A stretch of 63,580 nucleotides of DNA, counting the filler, from Octopus bimaculoides (Eukaryota), in NCBI RefSeq assembly GCF_001194135.2. It is 4 parts of 4 records of this genome, joined end to end, with 100 filler letters (N's around TTAATTAATTAA, not from the genome) between each part and the next. Parts side by side here need not be neighbours in the genome. Positions count along the whole stretch, not along the records: positions 10,921 to 31,348 come from NC_068983.1; positions 31,449 to 62,209 come from NC_068991.1; 2 more parts are not named here. One strand, given 5' to 3'. This document shows positions 23,500-37,050 of the stretch, piece after piece; the stretch's first letter is position 1, and each line of letters begins with the position of its first letter. The notes beneath the pieces were generated by a model. The model did no database searches and had not been told where the DNA came from. It saw only the letters and a program-made list of their open reading frames with translations. A program made the translations under genes and the position numbers.

Positions 23500-24120
23500 A
23501 ATAATTAATCTATGCTCTTTAATGATTTTCTACTTATTTCAGACAGAAAACGTATTGAAACCTAGTCGCCTTTAATTATGAACATGACAAAAAAGAACTT
23601 TTGCTTACTTTTCTTCCATGAGTTCATGCTTGGGTACAATGCCCCCCAAACTACTTCCAATATCAACAGAGCAGGGGAGAGGGGTTCACAAGTGATCGTA
23701 CACTACGAAGGTGGTTTCAGAAATTCCATAGTGATGATGAGATCCTTGAAGATGAAGAAGGTAGAGGACGGTCATGCATTCTTCACAATTAACAATTGAA
23801 AGAAATTGTTGAACAAAAGCCATGGCAATGTGTCAGAAAAAAAAATGTCTCAAGCACTTGGTGTCAGTATGGCAACAGTCTCAGGCAATCTGCAAAAATT
23901 GGTAATGTGAAAAAGCTCGATAAATGGGTACCACATGAGCTCAATGAAAATCAAAAAATTCGGTGTTTTGAAGTGTGCTCGATGCTCTTTCTGCGAAACA
24001 CCAATGATCCCTTTCTTAACTGAATATTCACTTGTGATGAAAAGTGGGTCATTTATGATAACCATAAACGATCAGGTCAATGGCTTGATGGTAATGAGTC
24101 CCGCCAAACATTTCCCAAAT
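23500..24120 (+). mobile_element. Mariner transposase relic (5' half)
   Basis: HEFMLGYNA..NINRA, KKLDKWVPHELNENQK and IFTCDEKWVIYDN are WVPHEL and first-catalytic-Asp motifs; frameshifts and stops present. Confidence 0.9.
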
Positions 24121-24121
24121 C

Positions 24122-24400
24122 CGTGCGGAAGAGGACTGGTGACATTGACGTGAGAGTTTGCATGTTTAGGTGTGTGGATGATGATGTAGGTGCTGGGAAG
24201 TGGTCAATGCTAGTGTGTGCGCTGGTATGGGTGCTGGGAAGTGGTCAGTGCTAGTAAGTGCGGGGTGGTGTGATGTGGTGTGGTATGGTAGTGTGTGGTG
24301 TGGTGATGTGTTGTGTGGTAGTGTGGCGTGGAGATGTGCGATGCGGTGAGGTGGTGTTGGGGTGTGGCGGAGGTGAGAGTGGGAAAGGAAGAGTGAGGTC
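24122..24400 (-). repeat. PLE-associated (GTG/CAC)-rich repeat truncating the mariner
   Basis: ggaagaggactggtgacattgacgtg and gtgctgggaagtggtcagtgctag match the reverse complement of 47150-47390. Confidence 0.65.
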
Positions 24401-24733
24401 TAAGGGATGGGGTAGGGGTGGGATATAAACAAATAAATAGCAGCCATTAAGAAGCAGGAGTCAACTACATAAAGCAAAGGGTTGCTATAGCAACACCAGT
24501 GTGGCCGTGTCACATGCGTTACTCTTCCTTCGTCATGCCACCGCTTTTCCAAATCTTCTATGGAAGAGGTTACAAACCCCAAATATAGAAATACAAGGTA
24601 GAACTGAGACGTTGCTTTGTTTTGTTTTTCTTTTCATTTTGTAGTTTACTTTTTATCTATTCGCATTTTTCTGTCTTTATACGAAAAATTCATTTAAGGT
24701 TACACCATGCAATAATCCACCAAAATACGCCCT

Positions 24734-24780
<47 letters not shown>

Positions 24781-24795
24781 CTATATCTATCTATC

Positions 24796-24834
<39 letters not shown>

Positions 24835-25375
24835 TGGATATACACATACATACATACATATNNNNNNNNNNNNNNNNNNNNNNNNNNNNNNNNNNNNNNN
24901 NNNNNNNNNNNNNNNNNNNNNNNNNNNNNNNNNNNNNNNNNNNNNNNNNNNNNNNNNNNNNNNNNNNNNNNNNNNNNNNNNNNNNNNNNNNNNNNNNNNN
25001 NNNNNNNNNNNNNNNNNNNNNNNNNNNNNNNNNNNNNNNNNNNNNNNNNNNNNNNNNNNNNNNNNNNNNNNNNNNNNNNNNNNNNNNNNNNNNNNNNNNN
25101 NNNNNNNNNNNNNNNNNNNNNNNNNNNNNNNNNNNNNNNNNNNNNNNNNNNNNNNNNNNNNNNNNNNNNNNNNNNNNNNNNNNNNNNNNNNNNNNNNNNN
25201 NNNNNNNNNNNNNNNNNNNNNNNNNNNNNNNNNNNNNNNNNNNNNNNNNNNNNNNNNNNNNNNNNNNNNNNNNNNNNNNNNNNNNNNNNNNNNNNNNNNN
25301 NNNNNNNNNNNNNNNNNNNNNNNNNNNNNNNNNNNNNNNNNNNNNNNNNNNNNNNNNNNNNNNNNNNNNNNNNNN

Positions 25376-25418
<43 letters not shown>

Positions 25419-25554
25419 ATATGTATATATATATGTATATATATATATATTGTATAAAAGATCGTGGGTAAGGCCAAAACAATGCGAACTAAATGCAAAG
25501 ATGCAAAGTTAATCACATGAAAACAAATATGTGAATTAATGTAGACTTACCTTT

Positions 25555-26150
25555 TATTCAATATTTCGGGGTTTTGACCCCATTTTCAAGAAATCGACGA
25601 ATGTTGCCGATGTGCATGTGTGTAAGCGTGTGTACAGTGGACATGCGCACAAGGGTATTGCTAAAGCAACCAGCTAGCTTCCTGCAACTCCCTTCTAATG
25701 TCAATCTTGGGTTTCTTTTGATGTATGAGAACGGCTTCAGAGATTCTAAGGTTGCCTCTGTTCCGCTGTGTTGCCTTGATGTGCACTGTGAATTCAATAG
25801 CTGTTTCTTCACGGAAGTGTCTGCCTGCATGTGTTCCTTAATGCGTACATGCAATTTTCTTGTCGTGCTTCCGATGTTGGATGCGCCACATTTGCCACAG
25901 ATGATCTCATATGCGACATAGTTCCTCTGGCACAATTCAGAGTCATTCATGGGGCAGTTCTATAATGTGCACTCCTCAGGGTAGTAAGATGTGTTGTTCT
26001 TGGACATATATATGAGCTGTTTTGTTATCCAGAAGACCCAAAAGGCAGGTAAGGCTATGTAAGGGCTACAGAAGGATCGCTGTTAAGCTCCCGCTTCAAT
26101 GATACCATGAGTGAGGAGTCTAATAGAAGCCGTGTGTTAGCGTGTATATG
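25555..26150 (-). mobile_element. Penelope-like element 3' end with GIY-YIG endonuclease
   Basis: NYVAYEIICGKCGASNIGSTTRKLHVRIKEH follows the PLE GIY-YIG pattern (YxIxC..C...YIGxTxRxLxxRxxEH). Confidence 0.85.
25557..25592 (-). ncRNA. Minimal hammerhead motif with U3:A8 core variant
   Basis: Minus strand: ttc TTGAAAA t gggg-tcaaaa-cccc GAAA ta t t gaa. Stem I is only 3 bp. Confidence 0.45.
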
Positions 26151-27399
26151 TTAATAAAATAAGATAGCAAGGCCAAGTGAATTTGTTATTCCTAGGACAT
26201 TCATATCTAATTTCTTCTATATCTCTTCTTCTCCAGAATAGCTTCTAAAAATGAACTCTACTAATTCCTTCTATTTAAACTCTTTTAACTCGTCTCTGTT
26301 GATGGGATATCATTTATTTCCCTGAAGCTGCTGTAAGACCACATTTTTATTTATAAATGTCCGAGGAATATCAAATTGCCTTGGCGTTATCTTAATTTAT
26401 TTAACGTATATNNNNNNNNNNNNNNNNNNNNNNNNNNNNNNNNNNNNNNNNNNNNNNNNNNNNNNNNNNNNNNNNNNNNNNNNNNNNNNNNNNNNNNNNN
26501 NNNNNNNNNNNNNNNNNNNNNNNNNNNNNNNNNNNNNNNNNNNNNNNNNNNNNNNNNNNNNNNNNNNNNNNNNNNNNNNNNNNNNNNNNNNNNNNNNNNN
26601 NNNNNNNNNNNNNNNNNNNNNNNNNNNNNNNNNNNNNNNNNNNNNNNNNNNNNNNNNNNNNNNNNNNNNNNNNNNNNNNNNNNNNNNNNNNNNNNNNNNN
26701 NNNNNNNNNNNNNNNNNNNNNNNNNNNNNNNNNNNNNNNNNNNNNNNNNNNNNNNNNNNNNNNNNNNNNNNNNNNNNNNNNNNNNNNNNNNNNNNNNNNN
26801 NNNNNNNNNNNNNNNNNNNNNNNNNNNNNNNNNNNNNNNNNNNNNNNNNNNNNNNNNNNNNNNNNNNNNNNNNNNNNNNNNNNNNNNNNNNNNNNNNNNN
26901 NNNNNNNNNNNNNNNNNNNNNNNNNNNNNNNNNNNNNNNNNTATATATATATATATTAGTTGCCAACGCAGAGGAGTATGCAGGTGTAAATTTTGTCAAT
27001 GTATTTTGTAAATATATTTTGCAAATAATTCTATTGCAATGCTTCATTGTAAACAATATTTTTTGCTAAATATCTGATGAGAAGAAAATATTCCGTTAAG
27101 TGTACGTGAGTTGGTATTAATTCACGTTTTGTGGTGAAATCGATATAGGTATAGTCAATATAAAATGTCATATGTTGATTTTGAAAGGAAATAGGGCTTT
27201 CAATAATGCTTTAAAATCTGGAACGATTTGTTTAAACTGAAAATGAGCTGACATAATAAGGAGATAAATTACAGCAAACAAGCTGTAATGGTATATTGAC
27301 GTTTTACCGCAGAGTTTCGTATTTTTTGTTTTCATTGTAATATTTTAATAGATATATTTGCATTGCGTGCTTTCACTGCATTCAAAAACACATCCCTCT

Positions 27400-30300
27400 G
27401 CACTTTGGGTATGTGCAGTTTTTTGTTGGGGATCTTATATTTCTGTTTTATTGACATTCCTCTACTTTAATATATGAGCAGTTTCTAGTAGGCCCCATTA
27501 CTCTAGGTTATGCATGATTGTAAGCCCTTAGGTTTCGTCATATATTTTGCTGCATGGCTTTTATATCATAGCACATATTACTTCATAAATTAATCCCGTT
27601 TTCATTTCCCACTTTCTGGCTGTCTATCTGTCCTGGTCTGTAAATTCAGATAACAACTCAGATTACCTCCATTGATATATTATCGCAATTTGACAATGAC
27701 ACTGCCTTTGGTTGGCATGACTTGCGATTGTGGTCCTAGATAAAAATATAAGGTTAATTAACTCTGATGTCCCTCCTTGTATAAACTATTATATTTCAGT
27801 GTCGAACTATATAAGCTTCGTTATTCTGTGTCTCAGTTTTACACTATGTTTCTGTTATTGCTTCATAAGATTTGTATGATTTGCAGTGTACGAGAGCTCA
27901 ACTGATCTATGCCTCAGTTTTATACACTTTCTTGGTTATGTATGGTCAGCCAGATGTATTAATGTTGGCTCCTTCTGCCCAACTGCCATATATGAACAAT
28001 GAAATATTATATTTTGCTTCATGAAATATTTTTGGGAAATTCCAGATGGGATGACTCTGATTCTGTAATGAAACCATCTTAGTTGTAAACCATCACTCCA
28101 AATCTAGTTTGGAATTTTGCGCTGCCTCTATTTTTCTTCCCATATATTTAATCTGGTATTCTACACATCCATTTATAGCTTAGTGTTTAACCATAAACAA
28201 TTTCTACCGTTGTTTCGCCTTTCCCTCCACAATTGTCTGCCGTTTTAGCTTCTGTGTTTTTAATAATCGTTGGACTTCTTGAAATAGAAACCAATTCGTT
28301 TCTGTTTTGTTCGCAATTTGTAGCTATTTGTATTAGATGTTATTTATTTGGTTTCAAATATAATTTTGTAGTCCTACAGCCGATAATTTGAAATAGATAT
28401 TAAGTTGCATAAGAACCCTTCTAGCGATAATTGTTATAATCATGTTTCAGATTTGATGTTGTGCATTCTAAATGCAGTCGTTAGTTTTATTCTTTCTCCG
28501 CTTAGTCTTCCAGCTTCATTTAGTATCTAATAGAGACTATGTGTATGAGTATGCGTGTATGTGTGTGTGCGCGTGGGTGTGTGTGTCAGTGTATCTGTGT
28601 TTCTGTGTGCCTGTGCCATTACTGGTATTGCTAGTGTAGTGATGGTTATTATTTTTTGGTACTGATATAGAAAATATTCCTTTCAATGACCCCTTTCATT
28701 TGTGTAACTCATACACTCTGTAGTAAGTCAGTTCATGCTGGTTTGTCTATCTACACTTGATATGATTCTCTAATCTGTGTTTCTTTATTTAGCATATCAG
28801 TGAACTTAATTCATTCTCATCTAAGAGTAATTACGCTGACATATTTTTTCGAGTCTGAATCACATATACATCTCCGTAAATCTGTATCTAGCCTTTGTAG
28901 TGGTACCTCGATATTTATTCCTTGCATCGTACAAGTTTAGTTACTTACAAAATACGACTGAATACTCTGTTGTAGTTTTTGTAACAGAGGCCAACTGTGT
29001 TTAATGTGTTGGTTACAGGTGTTTATATTTTTATCATTACTTGTATGAATCTGTAGAATTGCTTACTATTTAAATATGATGTTTAATGTCTCTTATACTA
29101 CCGAACGTGCCACGCTACCAGTATCGATAGTTAGTCTGGCAAAACGCTTAGCAGCAAGTCATCCATTTTAAGTTCTTAGATCAAATTGCGACGGAGTTTA
29201 CTTTGCTTTTCATCCTGTCGAAAATCAAGTACCTGTTAAGTACTGGTGTCAATGTCATCGACTTCGCCCTCCCCTCAAAAACTGCTGGTCTTGTGCCAAA
29301 TTTGAAACCATCATTGATAATACCCTACAATTGTTTGCAGCCTATCGGACTCATGTGTAGAAAAGCTGGGCAAAAGCCTTTTTGTAGTATATCCAAGATA
29401 GGTTTAATCCGTTTCGCATTTTCTTGTTTTTAATGTTCAGTTATTGCTTTCTAAAGTAGTAATTGATCTTTACATCCATTTGAGAAACGTTAGCATTCAT
29501 CTTGCATTCTACTAAAAGCAATTTTCTCCCAAGTATATTTTCTCAGCAATATTATTGTAAGTCTTTGTAAGTTATATAAAGGCAGGTGCATGTTATGGGT
29601 CTGTATGTTAAGGAGTGAGCTGTTGGCTAACTGTTATTTATGCCTGAAGATGTTGCACCATTCAGTGAGGCATTTGCGATTGGTTTCAAGTTTCAACAGC
29701 ACTTTATTTTACGTTTTTGCCCGTACTTTAGTGTATCTGTTAAATAGACATTATCGAAATGGTCTTCGTGCCTCCCATTTTTTTATTAGTTCACTGCGTC
29801 TTGGTTGCGTGGGCTGTTATGTTCATACAACTTTGTTGAGGTCCTGTATCAGTTAACTCGTAGAACCCACATAGTTCTTAATATAACCCATCATCCTTCA
29901 CACTCATGTCTATAACTCCATTCATTCCATTGCTTTCGGTGATGCATTAAGTTAAAATTTATTTTTATTTTCTCTCTCATAGAATCCTTTGGGGTGTGTT
30001 ATGTTCGTTTTCTTCAAAGAATGCTTCTTCCATTTCATACCAAAGATTTTTATTTTGTAAATCATCGAAGATCTATCTAGCCAGAAGTTATTCAATTTCA
30101 CTTGCTGCTTATTTTCTTCTATTTTATGCTAAGTTTTTGAAGAAATTTGTGTTTAGTATCAGTTGTGACGACCGTTATTGAGTTCATTAAGAATTGAAAA
30201 GGTTTTTCTGTTTATTCGTTTTTCAAGTTTTTTTTTTTTCTTTTTCACATTGGTCTTCTTATTTTTATATGAGCAGATCTGAGGGAGAACTTCTCCTTAA

Positions 30301-30400
30301 ACTACAATGGTTGTTGCATATGTTATTTGCTTTAACTTAGTGGTATTGACATCTGAATGTAGTTTCATTAAGTAATTAAGGTTAGCGTTGTTTAAAGTTA
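27400..30400 (-). mobile_element. Old, heavily degraded R4/Dong-like LINE (with a SINE inserted at about 29130-29320)
   Basis: Minus-strand remnants of the RLE end (RKWEMKT..GLLETAHIL), the post-RT motif (KLTTAFRMHNIKS) and N-terminal regions. Confidence 0.6.
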
Positions 30401-30868
30401 TTGCTATTTTACAAATGAGATTTTTCTTAGGGGGTACCTTCTTCAGTAACAAGGAAGATATATTGATTTTAATACTCTAATTAGATTCTCATGTACATTT
30501 TCCCTATCTCTTACAACCTATTCTGAAATATTCCTAATAGTCCTTTTTCATTATATTTTTTGTCTGTCTTGTTAGTTATGATTTGTTTTACGTTGGTTAC
30601 TTTTTCTGTATGTGTTCTCTTGTTTGCTATTTTGTTTTGTTGTGTAGATTCTTTTCCTCTCGCCGTAGTCCATGATTTATGCCCTTCATTTTGAGTTCTT
30701 AATTCTCCTTGTATTTTGATTTTATACAATTCCTGTTTAATGTTCCAATTTAGTCTCTCATATGTATGCGCGCGTGTGCGTGCATTTGTATGCATATGTG
30801 TATGCGCGTACGTGTGTGTGTGCATGTATACAGCTATGCATTAATAATAACAAAAACCAATAATGACT

Positions 30869-30899
<31 letters not shown>

Positions 30900-31565
30900 T
30901 AATAATAATAATAATGATAATGAAGTAGAGACATCCAAACGGTTGCGGTGAAAACTAGTTGCTTACCCTCTGGCATACACAAGCTTTGAATATATAACAA
31001 GATTGATATGATAATCGGTCAATTAAGTTTATCAATCAATGTATCCAATATCTTTGACCTCATATCGAAATTAGAAGTTACGATAAGACGAATGAAAGAA
31101 ACAATGTTTGCTTGTCGTGCGATAATTAAGTGTGAATGTGTAATAGAAAGGAATGGAATAGGTACATATTCCATATATATATATAATGTTTCTGAATCTT
31201 CAGATTTTTCAATATGCCAGGCCACTGGTTTTAATTGATATTAATCAAATTAATATACAATTTTTCACTCTTATTATATATATATATAATGTTTCTGAAT
31301 CTTCAGATTTTTCAATATGCCAGGCCACTGGTTTTAATTGATATTAATNNNNNNNNNNNNNNNNNNNNNNNNNNNNNNNNNNNNNNNNNNNNTTAATTAA
31401 TTAANNNNNNNNNNNNNNNNNNNNNNNNNNNNNNNNNNNNNNNNNNNNTTGTTTTTTTTCTGCTTTGTTTTCGCCCCCCTCGAAAAGAAAAAAACTCTAC
31501 ATTTGTATTTTGTCCCCTCTGTGTTGAGCCCTGTGTGGCTAATAAAGAAACCTATCTATCTATCC

Positions 31566-31607
<42 letters not shown>

Positions 31608-31624
31608 ATATATATATGTATATA

Positions 31625-31812
31625 TTCCATCGTCCTCTACCCTCCAACGCCACGTCTACTATCAAGAGACTTAGTTCATCCTCCCTCTTATCTCTACTTC
31701 CTTCAATCTCATTATTTGCACCGCACGTATCCTACCATTCCTTCTTATAATCCACAAACCAAAGAAACCCGCCATCCTATTGTTTCTGCCTGAAGTCGTC
31801 GCCACTGAATTC
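31625..31812 (+). mobile_element. Short PLE RT fragment paralogous to 32892-33081
   Basis: ttccatcgtcctctaccctccaacgccacgtctactatcaagagacttagtt...gccactga aligns with the downstream copy. Confidence 0.8.
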
Positions 31813-32189
31813 GTATATATATGTACATACATACACAAGTAGATAAATATATACATGCACTCACATATATATGTATGTATCTATATTTTGTTTAATTATT
31901 TTATATATATTTTATACTTAAGTGTCTGTCTTTGTATGAATGATTGTCCACCACAATAACTTGACTACCAGTGCTGATTTGATTATGACACCGTAACTTG
32001 CCGGTTTGGCGTAAGAACACGATAAAATAAATAGAATGTTTAAAAAAGAGGATAATTACTGGAGTCGATTTTTAGGACTAGAAACACTTCAAAGAGATTT
32101 CTCAGTAAGGCTGCAGTCTAATGAATAAAGCTCACCCGCCTTTTACATGACTTTTTTGTTCGCTGTAAACAGTACAAACTTCAGTCACT

Positions 32190-33445
32190 CCTTCATTCTG
32201 TCCTGCCCGACGCCACCTCACCCATCCCTTCCTGCACCTATTGTAACCCTTTCCTCTCTTGAGTCAACTCATCGAGCACACTCCACCTTTGTCCATTCTC
32301 CTCAACCCCTCAGCTGACAACTACCCATCCACCACTCCCTTCTCCTCTCTCCCTTCTGCGCCTACCACCGTCTCCAACATCTCCTTCCGATCCAATTCAC
32401 CTTCCTCCACCCATCTCTTTTCCCTCTTCCCTGTTGTTACTGTTCCTCCTTGAACTTCCTTCTCTGAAATTGAACATGCTCTCCTTAGTAGTGTTCTCTG
32501 TTTCATACCGCTCACTCCATCAGGCAAAGGGTTTCGGACCCGAGCTGATTTTACGACACTTCATTCGTGATGTCAGGTTGCATGCTCACTTCCACAATAC
32601 TCCCTCTGCATTGAATGAGACTGTTTCACTGACCTGGGCTGGCGACAATACAACAAAACACCGGCTCCCGCCCAAGTCCAGACAGTCGATCACTTTGCAA
32701 GCGTTTGCCAACGCGCCCTAGACCGCTTCAACCTCTGTAGGTGTCCTCGACAACCCAGCGTCTCCCGAGACAAACTCCCAGACATTTGTTGCCACGTCGT
32801 CAGCAAACCGGCTGACAAAGGTGGATCTATTGTCGTATGATATGCAAACCTGTACAAGACTGAGGTACTCCGCCAACTTCAAGATACCTCATTCCATCGT
32901 ACTCTATCCTCCAACGCCACGTCTACTATCAAGAGACTTAGTTACTCCTCCCTCTTAACTCCACGTCCTTCAATCTTATTATTCGCACTGCACGTACTCC
33001 TACCAATACTTCTTATAATCCACAAACCCAACAAACCCGGCCATCCCATTATTTCTGCCTGAAGTGGTCGCCACTGAGTTCATATCTAAATAACTTGACC
33101 TCATCCTCGCAGACCTAGTTGCTTCCTTCCACTAACACATTCATGACACCAGCCATGCTCTTCGTCGCTTCATTTCATTTTCCTTTCCTTCAAGCCCTTC
33201 CAGACTACTGATCATCCTTGACATGTTATCTCTATCTATGGTTATCCCACTCAATGAAGGCCTCCTCGCATTAAAACAGTTGCTTGGCCTTCGTCGTAAT
33301 GCTTAACCTGAAACTTCTATCATCCTCGCCTTGGCTGAACATGTCCTGTCTTTCATTTACCTCTCTTTCGTGGGGGAATTTTACTATCAGATCTCGGGAA
33401 TTGACGTGGGCATGAGAATAGGCCCCAACTATGTGAACCTGTTAC
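32190..33445 (+). mobile_element. Penelope-like element reverse transcriptase relic
   Basis: FIRDVRLHAHFH, ADKGGSIVV, PGHPIISA and FYYQISGIDVGMRIGPNYVNL are PLE RT motifs; many stops and frameshifts. Confidence 0.85.
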
Positions 33446-33554
33446 GATAGTTGAATTTTACGATCGACTGGTATCCAGAAATCGAAATCATAAGGATAAC
33501 TATTTAGCACCTGCAGATGGGATACATACTTTCTATATACTTTTGTGTGTGAGT

Positions 33555-33604
<50 letters not shown>

Positions 33605-34145
33605 GTGCGCGTGTGTGTGTGTGTGTGTTAACAATGAAGCATTTGTTTCTTGTGTAATCGTGGTTTTTAAGTTGATCTTCGTCCAGATTTTAGTTCTCGT
33701 AGAGTTAAAGATGTTTAGGGAGTTTTTAGTGGAAGGCGGTTTTGGTCTGTATTACTCAATACCTTGATACTGCTTGATTGTCTGTCATTAAAATTCTAAT
33801 ACTGGTGAAGGATTTAGGTTTTTAGAGAGCCCACACTTAATGGACGTTTTGTTGCATATATTCCCATAATTACACAAGATAATAAATCTATATAATAATA
33901 AGTTTGTAAATTCAAAACTTCTTTTGATTTATCACAGATGGAATAAGAAAATACCGCAATCAATTTTATAGTAGTGAGTTTATACCAAAACAATTATTGA
34001 TACATAATAATTTAGCAACAAGCTGCGGGTAAAATCTTCACATGAGAATTTTACTCTTACACTGGAATGGTTTTACTCTATTCACTCCAGATTCAAGGCA
34101 AATAAATAAATAAATAAATAAACAATTAAATAAATAAATAAATAA

Positions 34146-34176
<31 letters not shown>

Positions 34177-34879
34177 GACTAATAATTCAGTATTCTCGCT
34201 CGGTATATTGACCGGCTGTACTGACCATTTGCTCCTTTCTAAATTATTGGTATATCTACTGTAAGTGTACTAAAAGTTACCAGGTATCTACTGTGAAACG
34301 AAATATCACACCCATCGCTCGATATATAGATACACTACCTACTGGTGAAGTTATCTCATTTGATTATTTAGTCAATAATAGCTTCCAAAGAAAAAGCGTG
34401 TCACGTAGACCTTTCAATACACCGAATCTAAAGTTTGAAATAAATTACTAAATTTACTGAACAAATAAGAAGATAATGATGCTTTTAATGTCAAAACTAT
34501 AGAATTAAATACCAGTTAAGTACTTGTTTTGCGGTCACTAATTCTTATGAATTAGTCTAAATCGATATGAGGGAGTATATAAATTTTCGATAATATTTCA
34601 ACATTTCTATGACAGTTATTTACGTGACTCAGCCAGGCAGCAATCTGCTGATGTTACAACTAAAGTGTAAATTGCAGCATTATATGTGCTCTGCTTTTAT
34701 ATAAGTAATCGGGTTAAATAGAACGTTACTGTGTTCCCGTTAATATATGTGTCTGTACAAACAAAAACACAAAACACACGCGTCGACATGTATCTTCATA
34801 TGACAGACCATGTACTGTATTCGCAGATTGATACCTTAATTATTCCCTCAACAAGATCACGTATAAATTGTAATATAGT

Positions 34880-35314
34880 TTGACGCGGCCATGCTAGACC
34901 ACCGCCTTATAGGGGTTTTTAGCCGAAACAATCGACCTAAGAACTTGTTCTTTGTATGCCTAGTACTCATTTTATCGGTCACTTTTGCCGAACTGCTATG
35001 TTACGGGGACGTAAGCACGCCAACATCGGTTTTCAACTGATAATGAGGGGACAGAGGCACCAAGACATACATACACACACGCACACACACACAAACACAC
35101 ACACATACAAACGCACGCATACACATACACACGCACACACACACATATATATAACGGGTTTCTTTCTTTTTCCGTGAACCAAATCCATGTTTATGGATTT
35201 GGTCGGTCGGAGGCTATACTAGAAGACACTTGCCCAACGTATCACGCAGTGGGATTGAACTTGGAACTATGTGGTTGGGAAATAAGCTTCTTACCACACA
35301 CAAAGGCCTACGCC

Positions 35315-35315
<1 letters not shown>
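34880..35315 (-). mobile_element. Full-length tRNA-derived SINE (reverse)
   Basis: Reverse complement matches the 2228-2302 head and the 9643-9978 body. Confidence 0.8.
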
Positions 35316-35374
<59 letters not shown>

Positions 35375-35445
35375 TATATATATATGTGTGTGTGTGTGTG
35401 TGTAATATATGTATGTAGGTATATATATGTATGTATGTATGTATG

Positions 35446-35481
<36 letters not shown>

Positions 35482-35947
35482 TATGGAACAAAAACGCAAT
35501 AGAGGTCATTAAAATATTCAGACAGATAGACGATACAAAGCGGACAAGAGAAACACAATTAGGACAGGCAAAAGAAGACGGGTCATTCGTACTTTCTTTC
35601 ATCATTCAAGTCCCAGAAGTCACGACCATTTCGGACAGTTACACTTGAGATGGTTCGATCTGGTTGTCCCCGAAAAAGTCTAGGATAAGAACATTAGACC
35701 CCATTGTAAGAAAGCTAGCGAATATATACGGTAAACAAGACAACAAACAAACAAAAAAAAAACGGAGGACATGGTTCACAATTAAGAATACAAACAACAA
35801 GAAATAAGAACAGGTGTCTTTCGAGTGAGAACGAATCAAATTGAGCTGGAGTGTATGAAGTGAAAGCCTAATGGCAGGAACATAGGAGATAGACATAAGA
35901 GGTGTTGGCTGTCGGCAGTCAGGCCAGAAAGAATGATCATTCCCACG

Positions 35948-36017
35948 GGCATATGGCGTAATGGTTAAGAGCGCAGGCTACTAACCCCAAGAATTCGAGT
36001 TCGATTCCAGACAGTGA

Positions 36018-36086
<69 letters not shown>

Positions 36087-36215
36087 CAGCAACAGCAACA
36101 ACAACAACAACATCGAAAAATACCTTAGGGATGAGTACCCAGGTTCGAAATTTCCCCAAGACACCTGGTGAAGGCTGGAGGGTATATCAGCCGAAACGTT
36201 GTGTTAACAACAAAC
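35948..36215 (+). mobile_element. tRNA-headed SINE with internal (AAT/CAA)n tract and hammerhead-bearing tail
   Basis: A box TGGCGTAATGG (35954-35964), B box GAGTTCGATTCC (35997-36008), microsatellite about 36022-36111, hammerhead 36161-36204; cut by an N gap. Confidence 0.75.
36161..36204 (+). ncRNA. Minimal type I hammerhead (A6>G in this copy)
   Basis: acac CTGGTGA a ggctg-(10 nt)-cagcc GAAA cg t t gtgt; palindromic AACGTT stem III. Confidence 0.7.
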
Positions 36216-36599
36216 NNNNNNNNNNNNNNNNNNNNNNNNNNNNNNNNNNNNNNNNNNNNNNNNNNNNNNNNNNNNNNNNNNNNNNNNNNNNNNNNNNNNN
36301 NNNNNNNNNNNNNNNNNNNNNNNNNNNNNNNNNNNNNNNNNNNNNNNNNNNNNNNNNNNNNNNNNNNNNNNNNNNNNNNNNNNNNNNNNNNNNNNNNNNN
36401 NNNNNNNNNNNNNNNATATATACAGTTTATATTTTACAGACAAGTGTTCTCTTTGTATAAAGACACTTCGAAATGCTCAGGAGATTAGAACTTGAGACGT
36501 TAAATAAGTAAAGCAACGACAAGCAAGCTAGGTAGTTCTATTTACACATAAAGATACATTTCGTGAAACAGCAACAATTATTTTACCGTCCTAAATTAT

Positions 36600-37050
36600 T
36601 AGGCATGTGCCCAATAAAAGTGTTATAATAGCTCAAAAACGTGATTTAACATCAAACGAGAAGTCCACCCTCGTTTCAGAGCTTAGAAAAACAAAAAAAC
36701 GACATTGGAAATATCAAAGATCTTGGGGAGAGATAATCGAACTGTGAAGAAATTTCCGTAGTCCTCTGCTGTCCGTTTGAGGGCTGACAAGGGTAAATCG
36801 AGGGTTGTTTTCAGGCGTACCGTGTGACGTATAACGATGGACGTTGCGAAGAACACGTGTCTGACTAGTCGAGAAGTGTTTAAACGTTGTGGCAGGGAAA
36901 ACATTTCGAAATCTACCAGGTGTCGCCTTCTGAAGCAGGTACCCAAGAACATAAAACCTGTTACAAGGCTCCCTCTGAAGGCAGTTCAAAAACAAAATAG
37001 AGTGAAATGGGCAGAAGACTACATGAAGATAGATATATATCTACAAACAT
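36600..37050 (+). mobile_element. Tc1-like (IS630-Tc1-mariner) transposase N-terminal relic
   Basis: GRDNRTVKKF and ISKSTRCRLL..RLPLKAVQKQNRVKWAEDYMK; cut by an assembly gap. Confidence 0.8.

Noticed and set aside
31167-31348. Exact duplication of about 70 bp (aatgtttctgaatc...gatattaat) beside a gap; similar case at about 38905-39000
   Set aside because: Identical copies flanking N gaps are most likely unmerged contig overlaps.
35615-35690. Minus-strand ggaca/tgtcc stem followed by GAAA and GUC
   Set aside because: No CUGANGA-type core or convincing stem I upstream.
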